Shown here: positions 30,450 to 42,258 of the stretch, in pieces | Position numbering within the stretch: position 1 is the first letter of the stretch | Layout: the number at the start of each line of letters is the position of its first letter | Assembly (NCBI GenBank): GCA_012295275.1 | Contig: CM022666.1 | Location: forward strand, 930,001 to 994,000 | Source of the DNA: Chrysomallon squamiferum | Taxonomy: Eukaryota; Animalia; Mollusca | Direction of reading: 5' to 3' | DNA length: 64,000 bases | Translations under genes and position numbers: made by a program | The notes under the pieces: model-generated | Databases searched by the model: none | Told to the model about the DNA's origin: nothing | Seen by the model: only the letters and a program-made list of their open reading frames with translations

Positions 30450-31017
30450 GTGTGTACACAGAACATTGTGCCAAGTGAACTGAGATAATGGCTGTATCAA
30501 CTGATAGAGCTAACATCATAATGGATGGGATAATAATGTACGTGTGTGTGTGCCTTTCCCCACTTGTTACGTCTCTGGATTAAAGCACTTGTAGCTGTAA
30601 GACCGCTGAAAAGTCCACTGTCGGAAGAAGAAAAACAAAACACTGCCACCGCTGCTGCCAGCACTGACTGATCAGTCTTTAACTGCAGCCCACTCTGCGA
30701 TGTTGTCTTTTCAATATCTCTTTACCGTGCAACCTGTCAAAGTTTGACTCGGAGTCTCAGCGCTGATTGCAGTCCATCCAGGATATCTCATCCGTCGCAG
30801 GATAATCAGCACTCGGCTGGTTTGATAATGTATCACACTTCCTCTGCTCGTTCCACTCTTCTCTGATATTTGTCTAAATTGTTTTTGTTTTTTTCATTCC
30901 TGTGCGATTTCTCACTCTCAGATCTGTCAAATTGTTTAACAAGATCCTTTGGGTTTTTGGTCTCATTACTTCCGCACCAGTGCCTGTCTGGTTATTAAGT
31001 TTTCATAATACGCAGAC
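30450..31017 (+). promoter_or_regulatory. Putative promoter and 5' UTR of the candidate alternative CASK first exon
   Basis: Visibly higher GC and CpG density than the flanks (gaccgctg, gtcgga, ccaccgctgctgcc, ccgtcgcag, ctcggctgg). An Inr-like TCAGTC at 30672-30677 lies inside the perfect palindrome GACTGATCAGTC (30666-30677). Two short upstream ORFs are at 30700-30747 and 30828-30866. Confidence 0.45.
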
Positions 31018-31151
31018 ATGCTTGTTTCGAACATGGAATTACGAAAAATAGATTGCAATGGATACCGTGGGATCATGGATTTACTTTTGATGGATTTCAG
31101 GCGACCTCCGGCACCATGTTCTTGTTCAGAAATGTTGCATACATGTCTTGG
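31018..31151 (+). CDS. Candidate alternative first coding exon of CASK (MLVSNMELRKIDCNGYRGIMDLLLMDFRRPPAPCSCSEMLHTCL+GG)
   Basis: In-frame TAA at 31006-31008, ATG at 31018 and further in-frame ATGs from 31033. There are 44 codons plus 2 nt, then the donor GG|GTAGGT at 31152 and an abrupt switch to poly-A/T sequence. Phase 2 fits the CASK exon at 57232 (GG+A = Gly). It closes a non-repetitive, CpG-containing island. Confidence 0.6.
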
Positions 31152-31253
31152 GTAGGTTAATTTAAAAAAAAAAAAAACTTTTTAACTTGAATGTTTATAG
31201 TTTTACTGCAGATAGGAAAAAAAATTAATTAAAAAATTATAACAAAATTTCTC

Positions 31254-31285
<32 letters not shown>

Positions 31286-32225
31286 TTTTAAATATATAAA
31301 ACAATAAATTTATGAATTTGTTTCTGTTATTGTTGAAATTTTAATGATTATTTTCTTACCTGAGGAGTAAGGTGTCACAAGAGTTGATTGAATTGTTTTA
31401 TCTTGTGTCTAGTATTGTTGTGGCTGAGGTATATACTGTACTGTTTATGGGAAGGTACATATAGAAAATAGCTTACTGTTTTTTGTGTACTTTTCTGGTC
31501 TTGTATTATCATTATAAATTTATGTAACAGATTTCTTGTATTAGTGCTCTCAGTTTTACGAATTGTTGAGGTCCTCAAATAGAAATTACTTTCTTTTTAT
31601 TTTTTCAGACTAATTACTATTTAACTGTTTAACGTCAAAATAAAATAAAAATGTAACAATTTTTTTGTCTTCATTTTGTATTAACTTTTTGTTTCTGGAA
31701 TTTCAGTATTTCATTCATTAGGATGTTTAATACATTTATGAAATGTATCTAATTTGTAAAGGACTAATCTGAAAAAGAAAAGACCAAGATGATAAAAACC
31801 ATCCACTTTGGTTAATTAAAGACATCAGTATCTTTATTTTCCATTAATTGTCAGGATCCATATAGATTTCACATGCTGTGTTATAATTAATATCTTTATT
31901 ACTAATGAACAAACTGATACAGTTTAGAAGAAAACATCTTGTTTTTCCTGGTAGTAGTACACATTCATCAACAGAAATATTTTATATTTCTACACACACT
32001 TACACCCCACACACACAAAGGCACACATACATACAGACATTCACAAACATGCAGCGCAGGCTAATTTAAACAGACACACATACAGACACAGGCATACACA
32101 GGTTTGCTTAATGAAACTATAGAATAAAAAATAAAATTGGCTATTGGATGTACACACATATATACACATACTACATATTATATACAAATACTCACATATA
32201 AACATATGTACACACACACATCTAA

Positions 32226-32267
<42 letters not shown>

Positions 32268-32329
32268 TTAACAAAATTCCAGTGTGAAGGAGGGAAGGAG
32301 TGATACAGAGAGCAAGAAAAGAAAGAATA

Positions 32330-32720
32330 CAGTAGTAAAACAAAATCTAGTGGTGATGTTAAGTATCTAGATAATGGCAAGTACACTCATGTTTGTGGTC
32401 ACTGATTATGGATAGATAGAAGGATAGATAGAAGGATAGACAGATGGAAAGATAAGCTGAGAGGCAGAGTATTTGTCAGTTAAAATAAAAAAATAAAAAA
32501 ATAAAAAATACATAATAAAATTTCTAGTAATGATCTGGATGTTGACAAACAGTTTGTGATTATTGATTATGGATAGAGATACATAGGTAAATAAACAGAG
32601 AAAAAAAAAAGAAAATGAGGAATATAATAGTAAAAAATCCCATGTTAAATATCTGGATGTCAGCAAGTGAACTGCTTTTGGTCATTGATTATGGATAGAC
32701 AGATAGATAGATAGATATGA

Positions 32721-32770
<50 letters not shown>

Positions 32771-32895
32771 AAGGAAAAGAAAATGAGGAATATAATAAGA
32801 AAAAAACTTATGGTGATGTTAAGTATCTGTGTGTCAGCAAAACTGCTAAACTGCTTTAGGTTATTGATTATGGATAGACAGATAGGTGTGAGTGT

Positions 32896-32951
<56 letters not shown>

Positions 32952-33175
32952 CAAATTAAATTAAGAAAAAGAAACACTTTAATAAGAAGAACTCTAGTGG
33001 TGATGTTAAAGTATCTGGATATCAGGAAGTAAATTGTTTTTGTTCATTGATTATTTTTGGATAGGTTCAAATATTTGTAAACAGAGATTAAAATAAGAAA
33101 AAGAAAAGAAAGAATATAATAGTAAAAAATCTAGTGTGTGGAAGTAAACTATTGTTTGTGGTCATTGATTATGTC
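32330..33175. repeat. Degenerate tandem repeat (about 6 copies) with embedded variable microsatellites
   Basis: The unit aaaatctagtggtgatgttaagtatctggat...gtcattgattatggataga recurs near 32342, 32520, 32635, 32803, 32990 and 33125. Confidence 0.85.
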
Positions 33176-34130
33176 AGCAGTCTGTACATATTGAAAACAT
33201 ATTAACCTAATTTTCTCATGCACTTCAGAAAGCTGTTGTATATTTAACAATGTTTAAAACCAGAACACAAATTTTACATAGAAAAATCAATATTTAAAAT
33301 AATAATAATGTAAAAAAAAATGATTTTAATACAATTCTTTGCTGTGTTGTTATAAAAAAAACCTTTGAAAATATAATCGAAATAAACAATAAACAATAAA
33401 AAGACCATTAAAAATAAAATAAAATCAATAAAATTAATACAAAAGATAAAGATAAAAAAAAAATGAACAAATATAAATAATAAAACTAAATGAATGAAAA
33501 TAATAAATAACTGAAAAAATAAAACAGACAAATAAGCTGATAAAAAAAAAAACTGATGATGAAGGAAAGAAAGAAAAGAGAAAATGAATGTGTGTGTTTC
33601 TTTCTTTCTTTCTCTTTCTCTTCTTCTGAGTTTTTTTTTTAATCTTTTTTCATTTTTTTTTTTTCAATATCTCCTCATTCATTTTATGATGTTAACGTGA
33701 TAAAAACTGTGAAAAAAAAAAAAAAAAAAAAAATGCAGTAAAAACCACCTTCCATAACTGATTTGTTTAAAACGTGTTCACACCGAGGTGATCTTCGGAG
33801 TGTGCCGTTCATGCAATCATATCATTCAAATAGAGTCAGGTAGAGATAAACTGTTGCACAAAACCATCTGTTACATGTATTGACCTTATCTTTTTTGTGT
33901 CTTGTCAAATGAGTTTTACATAACTGAATTGATTCATCTTGGGAATATCTTCACTACATTATCTGATACATTTATAATGTTAGTAAGTAAAATATTAATT
34001 ATTCTACTACTATTACAACTACCACTAACACCTCCTCTGCTGCTACTGCTGCTGCTACTACTACTACATTATTACTACTACAACTGCCAAAATGACTGCT
34101 AATACTACAGCTAATGCCACTACAGCTTTA

Positions 34131-34165
<35 letters not shown>

Positions 34166-35364
34166 GACTACTACCACTGTTAGTAATCCTACTAATAATA
34201 TGTTGATGATAAAAATAAAATCATTATTACCTTACAAATACATATGAACAGATACAACAAAGATTGCTCAAAATTCCATCTGTTATACTGTAGCTGTTAT
34301 TTCATATATTTCATAACTTGTCTGCTTATTTTTCACATTAAAACAACTACTGGTAATCATTGCAATATTTCAGGGGGAAGTCAGAAAAACAGCAACAAAA
34401 AATTTAATAATAATAATAATAATTATTATAATAAAAGTAATAATAATAATAATAATAGTAATGATAAAAAAAAATAATAATAGCAATAATAATAGGTGGA
34501 TAATAAAAATGAATAAATAAATAAAAATCAAGAAAAATTATATTATTACAGATCTAGATGGTTTGTCAGCTTCTGTGAGATTTCAAAAATATCTGAAAAT
34601 TAGATTAGAGATTTGGAAGATTTTTTGTATATACATATTTGAATAGAATTCAGAGAAGCAATGTATTTGAGTAAGAATGGTATATCACATAATAATAATA
34701 ATATGTTAGTCTAGTTTTTCATTGAGGTCCTGTTAAATTACAAAGCCTTTGCAAATAAAACTGAAAACTAAGTAAAGTCGTGATCCTTCACATGTAGATT
34801 GTACATGCTTACTGATATAAAGGTCATGATGCTTATCCTTGTGGTTCTTGAATATTCATCACAGAAAACTTAACACATTATTGACATCTAAAGCGGAATG
34901 ACGGACACTGAAGTCAAATGTTCTTTCACCAAAATAAAAGTTTTCACATATTATGTCTTGCTAGGATATTGATAAATGAATTTTTATTTTTTATTTTTTT
35001 GGCTTTACAGTTTGAAAAAGGTTAAGTCAGACAAATGAAAGACCTCAAGGGCAAATGAAAATACTGTCAACATTTTTTTTAATATTTAAATCTGCTGGGA
35101 TTTTTTAATTTTTTTTTTTTTTTATTAGAAACTGGCTTCCAGAAATAAATAAAATAGTAAGGCAGAAGTATAGACAGTGTATTTAATAAATTAATGTTTT
35201 GTTCCTAGTATACACTTTGATCCATGGTTCCATAGCATCATGCTTACATAAGAAATTTAAAGTAGTAATAATAAATAGCTGAAACATCAGTTTTCATGAC
35301 TGGTTTAAATTTTGTTGATTCTACAAGTTGTGTGCTGCATATTAAAAAATTCAGGTTAAATTAG

Positions 35365-35620
35365 TTCTTATTAAGATAACTAATGAGAAATAAAATTATC
35401 ATGTGGGAAAAAATAGAAAACATGTGTTCTTATGACTGTTAAGTTAAATAATGAGAAATCTGTTAAAATTATCATGTGGGAAAAAAAATAGAAACATGAA
35501 TTCTTATGACATAAGTTAAATAATGAGAAATGAGTTAAAATTATCATGTGGGGAAAAAAATTAGAAACACAAGTTCTTATGACCGTTAAGTTAAATAATG
35601 AGAAATCAGGTTAAGATTGT
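35365..35620. repeat. Tandem repeat of about 68-75 bp, about 3.5 copies
   Basis: taatgagaaa anchors at 35381, 35449, 35521 and 35596, with shared aaaattatcatgtggg and ttcttatgac. Confidence 0.9.
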
Positions 35621-38600
35621 CAACAGAAATTATCTTGCATTCATTACACAAGCTGTGCCTGTACAGACAATACTACTAAATGACTTGTGTGGCCCAGATT
35701 CTGCTGAGATTTTCTTTTGTAGCAGACAGCCCCATACAGAGAGGACTGCCTTATTGCAAATCAGACGAGCTTTTAAAGAAATCATTTCTGCTGTTTTACC
35801 ATTTCGTTCCTCTTACAGAATCACACTGATTGATAATTTTTTTTTTTTTTTTTTTTTTCAGAGTGTGGTTTTTATATATTTTTTACTAACTTGCTGTTGG
35901 GTATAGTTACAGGGAGAAGGTTGAGTGTGTTTGGTTTCATTCGAAAGTGTTCTTTGAAAAACGATTTTTTTCATTGGAACGTGCATGATGTTCTTATGGT
36001 TTCAGTTTCATATTTTTAGACCATAAAAAAAAAAAATTATTTTTTATTTATTTATATCGTGTACCAGTAGTTATAGATTATGTTTTATTATCATTTTACA
36101 GCTTGTAAGTCCCTAAAAGCTTCTCTTTTTTTTTTAAATTTAATTTTTAAATGGCTTTAACAATATTGGAAAGATAAAAATAACTAAATAAAAAAAAATC
36201 ATTTTTGTGTTTTTATTTTATTGGGGGATTGAAAAAAAAAAAAAAAAAAAGTTTTAGAAATAATCTATGTTTGAGAAAAGGTCAAAACTAATTCTTCCCC
36301 ATGATAAAAACTCAGACTTATTAAAAGATTCAATTTCTGACTTAGACTGTTTGTAAAACAGTGATTTGAAGATATTTCAGTATTTTGCTTTTTTCTGTGT
36401 TGCGATATCTTTAACCTTTATGCACTGTTAAATAATTTAATAAATGTAAGTATATTATGGCTTGTATATTGGATACTATTGATTTTCATCAAGAAATGTA
36501 TATAATATTCAATATTTATTAATAAGTTATATATAACATACTTGTTTTCCAACAAGAACTAGGTAAATTTGTTCATTAAGGTGTCTGTATCTGTGTGTGT
36601 GTGTGTGTGTGTCTGATAATGTAATTTTAGTAAGAAATATATCATATTTATCATACTAATTATGAAATATGTGTATGTGTATACATATGTGTTGTAGATG
36701 TGTGCATGTAATGTGCTTACACATACATGTGTGTAGATGATTGTTGTTTTTTGACATGAATGGTGTACCTGTGTGTGGAATAACAAATGTAATCTTGGTT
36801 CTGGTGAACTTCACACACAGTTTTATAACAGATATTTCACCAGGCTCGTCGGTACACGCTACTGATCAATAGGATGTCCAAAGCTTCAATAAAATAGGCA
36901 TATTTTGAGGATCTCTTGAACCAAAATGATCTGTTATTGATCGCCAAGGCCCCTTCTTTGGCAGCTCTGTGGGTTTATTGTCATGACAGAAGATAAATCT
37001 GAACTTGATGTTAACATCAAGTGGGATTTGCTGAGATTCTTAGCGAAACCGAGTGATAGTCTTTGAAATGGTCACTTACTCCTGGAGATGGGTGTTTTGA
37101 AAAGTGCTGAATTTAACACTTCATTCGTTTACAGTTTCCAGCTCTGCTTCATGGAGAATTTCTTAATTTCTGAGGGTCTCTAACCCTTGTAATCCACGAA
37201 GGTCACAATTATAGATTGAACAAGCTCACGGAATGGCTTTAATTGCAGGCATTCACCATTGTTGATGATTTTCTGCATTGCTTACATCTGCGAACAGGAA
37301 AATGTCACATCCCGAATGAACAGAATTTTAAAACTGTGTCACTTTTAATTGATGGTTTTAGTTCATTTTGTATTTTAAGAAATTTATTTTTATCTGCTTA
37401 AAAGTTTCAGATTAAAAAAAGAAAGTTAAGATGTTCTAATAAACTTTTCTTGTTTTTTTTTTTTCAGAATATTTTCATTTTACAACAAAATAGAATAATT
37501 ATAATTAATTTTTAATACCATAGGATCTCTTTTTCTTTCTTTTTTAAAAGTTTAGTTTATTTTTTTAATCATTATTTATGGATCTGCTTTTCTAAGCTTC
37601 TTTATTCTTTTAGCTGAGCTAATAGAAGAATGATCGTGTGCCAGAGATTCCTGAATAACTTTATTACATAATCATCAGATTTTGAAAAGAACCAATAATT
37701 TATGGCCTTTTGAATATTCTCAAATCGGATTATAGTTTTTATATAAAAAAGTACAAAACAATTTCTGAAGTGTAATTGCTTAATTAATGTGGTTCTAGAA
37801 GCAGAAACGCTTTAGAATTTTGTTTTTAAAATTTCAAAAAATATTTGTTTTGTTATTTTAATTTTGTAATTTTCTTAACAGGATTCTTATAAAAAAAATT
37901 TAAAAAGTAGAAATTAAACTGTCTTGTCAGAAAAGTCAAAAATCTGGTTACATTGTCACAAAACCTCCTCAAAAAAACTCAACTGAATAATAAGAAAAAA
38001 AAAAAAAGAAGAAATTCCACAAAGATTGTCACAGAAAAGTCAGAAATCTAGATATATTGACAAGGAAAAGTTAAAAAATGTTTTTCCTTTTTTTTAATTT
38101 AAGTTATTTGTCTGTGTGTCTGGCTATCTATCTATCAATGTCTATCTATTTATCTGTCTATCTGTCTGTTTGATTGTATATATATCTATATAAATATTAA
38201 ATGATGATTATAATAACTCAAAAAAATACAAAGTGTACCTTAATTATCACTAAAACTGTTACAAAAACACCAAACAGCTAGTTAGATTATACAAAAAAAA
38301 AAAAATAAAAATAAAAACTACTAGGTGTGTTCTCACTGAAAGATGAAAATGACTGGATATACCATCACTAAAAAAAGCCAGTAATATATAAATTTTATAA
38401 CTGTGAGGACAGCCATGATATGAACACAGCACAACTCATCTGCAGATGACTGAACGTCTGCAGACAGGACCATTAAGAACCATCAAGGTGTGACTGCTTA
38501 CAGAACAGACCACTTAAACGGATGACATGTAGGAAGCAATGAAGCACACACACTTCTGTTGTCCAGGAGTCATCCTAGCAAAAGAAAACAATTTCTATTA

Positions 38601-38839
38601 TGAATATTTAATCAATATTCATGTGCATACTTTCACTGGCGAGGACGTTTTGATGCAGGTTGATGCCGGAAATACAAACACATAATAACCAGAAGCTGTG
38701 GATGTTTTTTGTATTTTGTTTTCAAAAATTGTCTACAAGTTAGAGCTGGCAACAGTGATTATTATAGCATTTGTTTAGACTGGAGGCTCTGTCCTTTTTA
38801 CTGCACCATCCTGTCTAATTCCAATTAAGCCAATTCTCA

Positions 38840-38930
38840 TGTTAGATCTGTCAAAGGCTGCGATATACATTTTCCTGTTTATGGGAAGGACCATTAACGA
38901 ATTCCTTGTTGCTAATCTGTAAGAGAATGT
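38840..38930 (+). mobile_element. Decayed SINE core fragment
   Basis: tcaaaggctgcgatatacattttcctgtttatgggaaggaccattaacgaattccttgttgctaatc is colinear with the 3' part of the core at 10505-10565. Confidence 0.55.
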
Positions 38931-39875
38931 CATGGAATTGAATTTTTTTTCTTTGATCTCATTAGTTATTTAAAAAAATACAATATATAAATAAAATAAA
39001 AAAAGCAATGAATAAGCAAATATATATCAAAAATATATATGTATATATAAAAAAATAAAAAAATAATAACAGTAACAATAACAATAATAATAATAATAAA
39101 AACAAAATAATAATCTAAAAAATAAAAACAAAAAACACATTACAAGACTGCTGAAAAATTGATAAACATTCATTTATGTAAATTCCAATCCTAGTATGTA
39201 AAGAGTTTGGTATGTTAGACTTGTAAATTGTTTTCTATATAAATGACTGTGTGTCATGTGTTGTGTCAGAGACATATTATAGTCACAGTATATTTTAAAA
39301 TGTGAAAGGTTGCAGTGAAATGTGGGATGTGTCTTTTAAATAACATTTAAAAAAATAATAAATGAAAATAACGTCTGATGTGTGGTAAATATGGTTATTA
39401 TGAGATATTACAGACTGAAATGATAAAGTGTTCTTTTTTTTCAGCATAAAAAATGTCTTTTACTGAAAGGTTTTTAAATTTAAAATTTATAATACCATTT
39501 TAATATGGTTTTACAGTTTTAAATATGGCTTCGCAGATAATACAGCTAAGAACATCTCAGAACAATTTAACATTATCACATGTTAATCAAGATGTAAGAA
39601 TGGAAATGTGCTGTCATCAGTTATACATGAAAATAAAGAATTGTATTATCTTACCACAGATAGCATTCATCATAATCTTTGAAGAAAAAGAATTCCAAAT
39701 TTTAAATAAAAATTAATGCATTTTTTAAAATCACTTTTATAATTTATAATTTCATCTCTGTAGTAAATTTGTTAAAAATAAATCAATATTATTTTATCAC
39801 TCTGACTTGGACATTAAAATTAAATTGTTAATGAAAAAACAAGTTTAATTAGGCCTAACGTTAATTTTGATAGAC

Positions 39876-39928
<53 letters not shown>

Positions 39929-40649
39929 TATTTACTTTCTTTGACTTGGCTTCAGTTGGAAAGTTAATTTGATAATAAACAAAACAGTACAAAAGGATCT
40001 AGAAGACAGGTTCAAGAAGATAATTAAAAGAAAACTTTCATCATTTTTAAAATGGCTTTCAGTTAGTACATTACTTTTATACGGTTAACGAAAGAATACT
40101 TTCATCATTTCAAGCTGATTAGCTCTTAGTCAAACAAAGGCTGGTCACAAACGAGAACCAGTTCCTTCCAATTTTACAAAGTTAGTGATGAATTGGATGG
40201 CAAGTGTGATGAGGTCCTTCTTCAAGACAATCTCCCCATCTTCTGAACACATACGTACCAGATATTTACTTACCAACCTAGAATCCTGTGACTTTATCGA
40301 CATCATTTTGTAGCTACTTTTTTTCAGGTGTTTTTTTTTTTTTAATTTGCTTGCTTATATCAACTCTGGGTTAAGCTGATCTGCAAACGAAAATGAATTA
40401 ATTTTAATTGTGGACGCATCTCAAAATAATTTTGCTCCATTCTTCACTCGTGTTTGTGAGTGAGATTTCACTTATCGATTCTTCTGTGACGCGTTCACTG
40501 GACCTTAAATTACTTCATTTGGCCGTAGATTTGGAAAAAAAAAGATTTGCTGAGTGTAAATAAGATTTGTATTCCAGTCAGCTGCTGATAAAGTAAATCC
40601 TGTCTCTTGTGTTGAAAAGCTGATTCAGTTCAAAATGTGTCTAGTTTAT

Positions 40650-42258
40650 ACCTCTGTCCCTCACTGAGAACTACTGTACTCAGTACTTAGTTACATGTCT
40701 GTACCTACACTGAGAACTACTGCACTCAGTACTTAGTTACATGTCTGTACCTACACTGAAAACTACTGTACTCAGTACTTAGTTACATGTCTGTACCTAC
40801 ACTGAGAACTACTGTACTCAGTACTTAGTTACATGTCTGTACCTACACTGAGAACTACTGTACTCAGTACTTAGTTACATGTCTGTACCTACACTGAAAA
40901 CTACTGCACTCAGTACTTAGTTACATGTCTACCTCACTGAGAACTACTGCATTCAGTACTTAGTTACATGTCTACCTCACTGAGAACTACTGCACTCAGT
41001 ACTTAGTTACATGTCTTTACCTCTCCGAGAACTACTGCACTCAGTACTTAGTTACATGTCTTTACCTCTCCGAGAACTACTGCACTCAGTACTTAGTTAC
41101 ATGTCTACCTCACTGAGAACTACTGCACTCAGTACTTAGTTACATGTCTGTACCTCACTGAGAACTACTGCACTCAGTACTTAGTTACATGTCTACCTCA
41201 CTGAGAACTACTGCACTCAGTACTTAGTTACATGTCTGTACCTACACTGAGAACTACTGCACTAAGTACTTAGTTACATGTCTGTACCTCTCACTGAGAA
41301 CTACTGCACTCAGTACTTAGTTACATGTCTGTACCTACACTGAGAACTACTGCACTCAGTACTTAGTTACATGTCTGTACCTCTCACTGAGAACTACTGC
41401 ACTCAGTACTTAGTTACATGTCTGTCACTGAGAACCTCTCACTGAGAACTACTGCACTGAGAACTACTTAGTTACAGTACATACCTCTACCTCACTGAGA
41501 ACTACTGCACTCAGTACTTAGTTACATGTCTGTACCTCTCACTGAGAACTACTGCACTCAGTACTTAGTTACATGTCTGTACCCTCACTGAGAACTACTG
41601 AGAACTACTGCACTCAGTACTTAGTTACATGTCTGTACCTCTCACTGAGAACTGTACCTCACTGAGAACTACTGCACTCAGTACTTAGTTACATGTCTGT
41701 ACCTCACTGAGAACTACTGCACTCAGTACTTAGTTACATGTCTGTACCTACACTGAGAACTACTGCACTCAGTACTTAGTTACATGTCTGTACCTCTCAC
41801 TGAGAACTACTGCACTCAGTACTTAGTTACATGTCTGTACCTACACTGAGAACTACTGCACTAAGTACTTAGTTACATGTCTGTACCTACACTGAGAACT
41901 ACTTACACTGACTGAGAACTACTGCACTCAGTACTTAGTTACATGTCTACCTCACTGAGAACTACTGCACTCAGTACTTAGTTACATGTCTGTACCTCAC
42001 TGAGAACTACTGCACTCAGTACTTAGTTACATGTCTGTACCTACACTGAGAACTACTGCACTCAGTACTTAGTTACATGTCTGTACCTACACTGAGAACT
42101 ACTGCACTCAGTACTTAGTTACGTGTCTGTACCTCACTGAGAACTACTGCACTCAGTACTTAGTTACATGTCTGTACCTACACTGAGAACTACTGCACTC
42201 AGTACTTAGTTACATGTCTGTACCTACACTGAGAACTACTGCACTCAGTACTTAGTTG
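40650..42258. repeat. 46-bp minisatellite (42-47 bp variants), about 35 copies
   Basis: Consensus cactgagaactactgcactcagtacttagttacatgtctgtaccta in head-to-tail, near-identical units with no unique spacers. Confidence 0.98.

Noticed and set aside
40650-42258. CRISPR array
   Set aside because: The units are contiguous and near-identical with no unique spacers, there are no cas genes, and the context is a eukaryotic intron.
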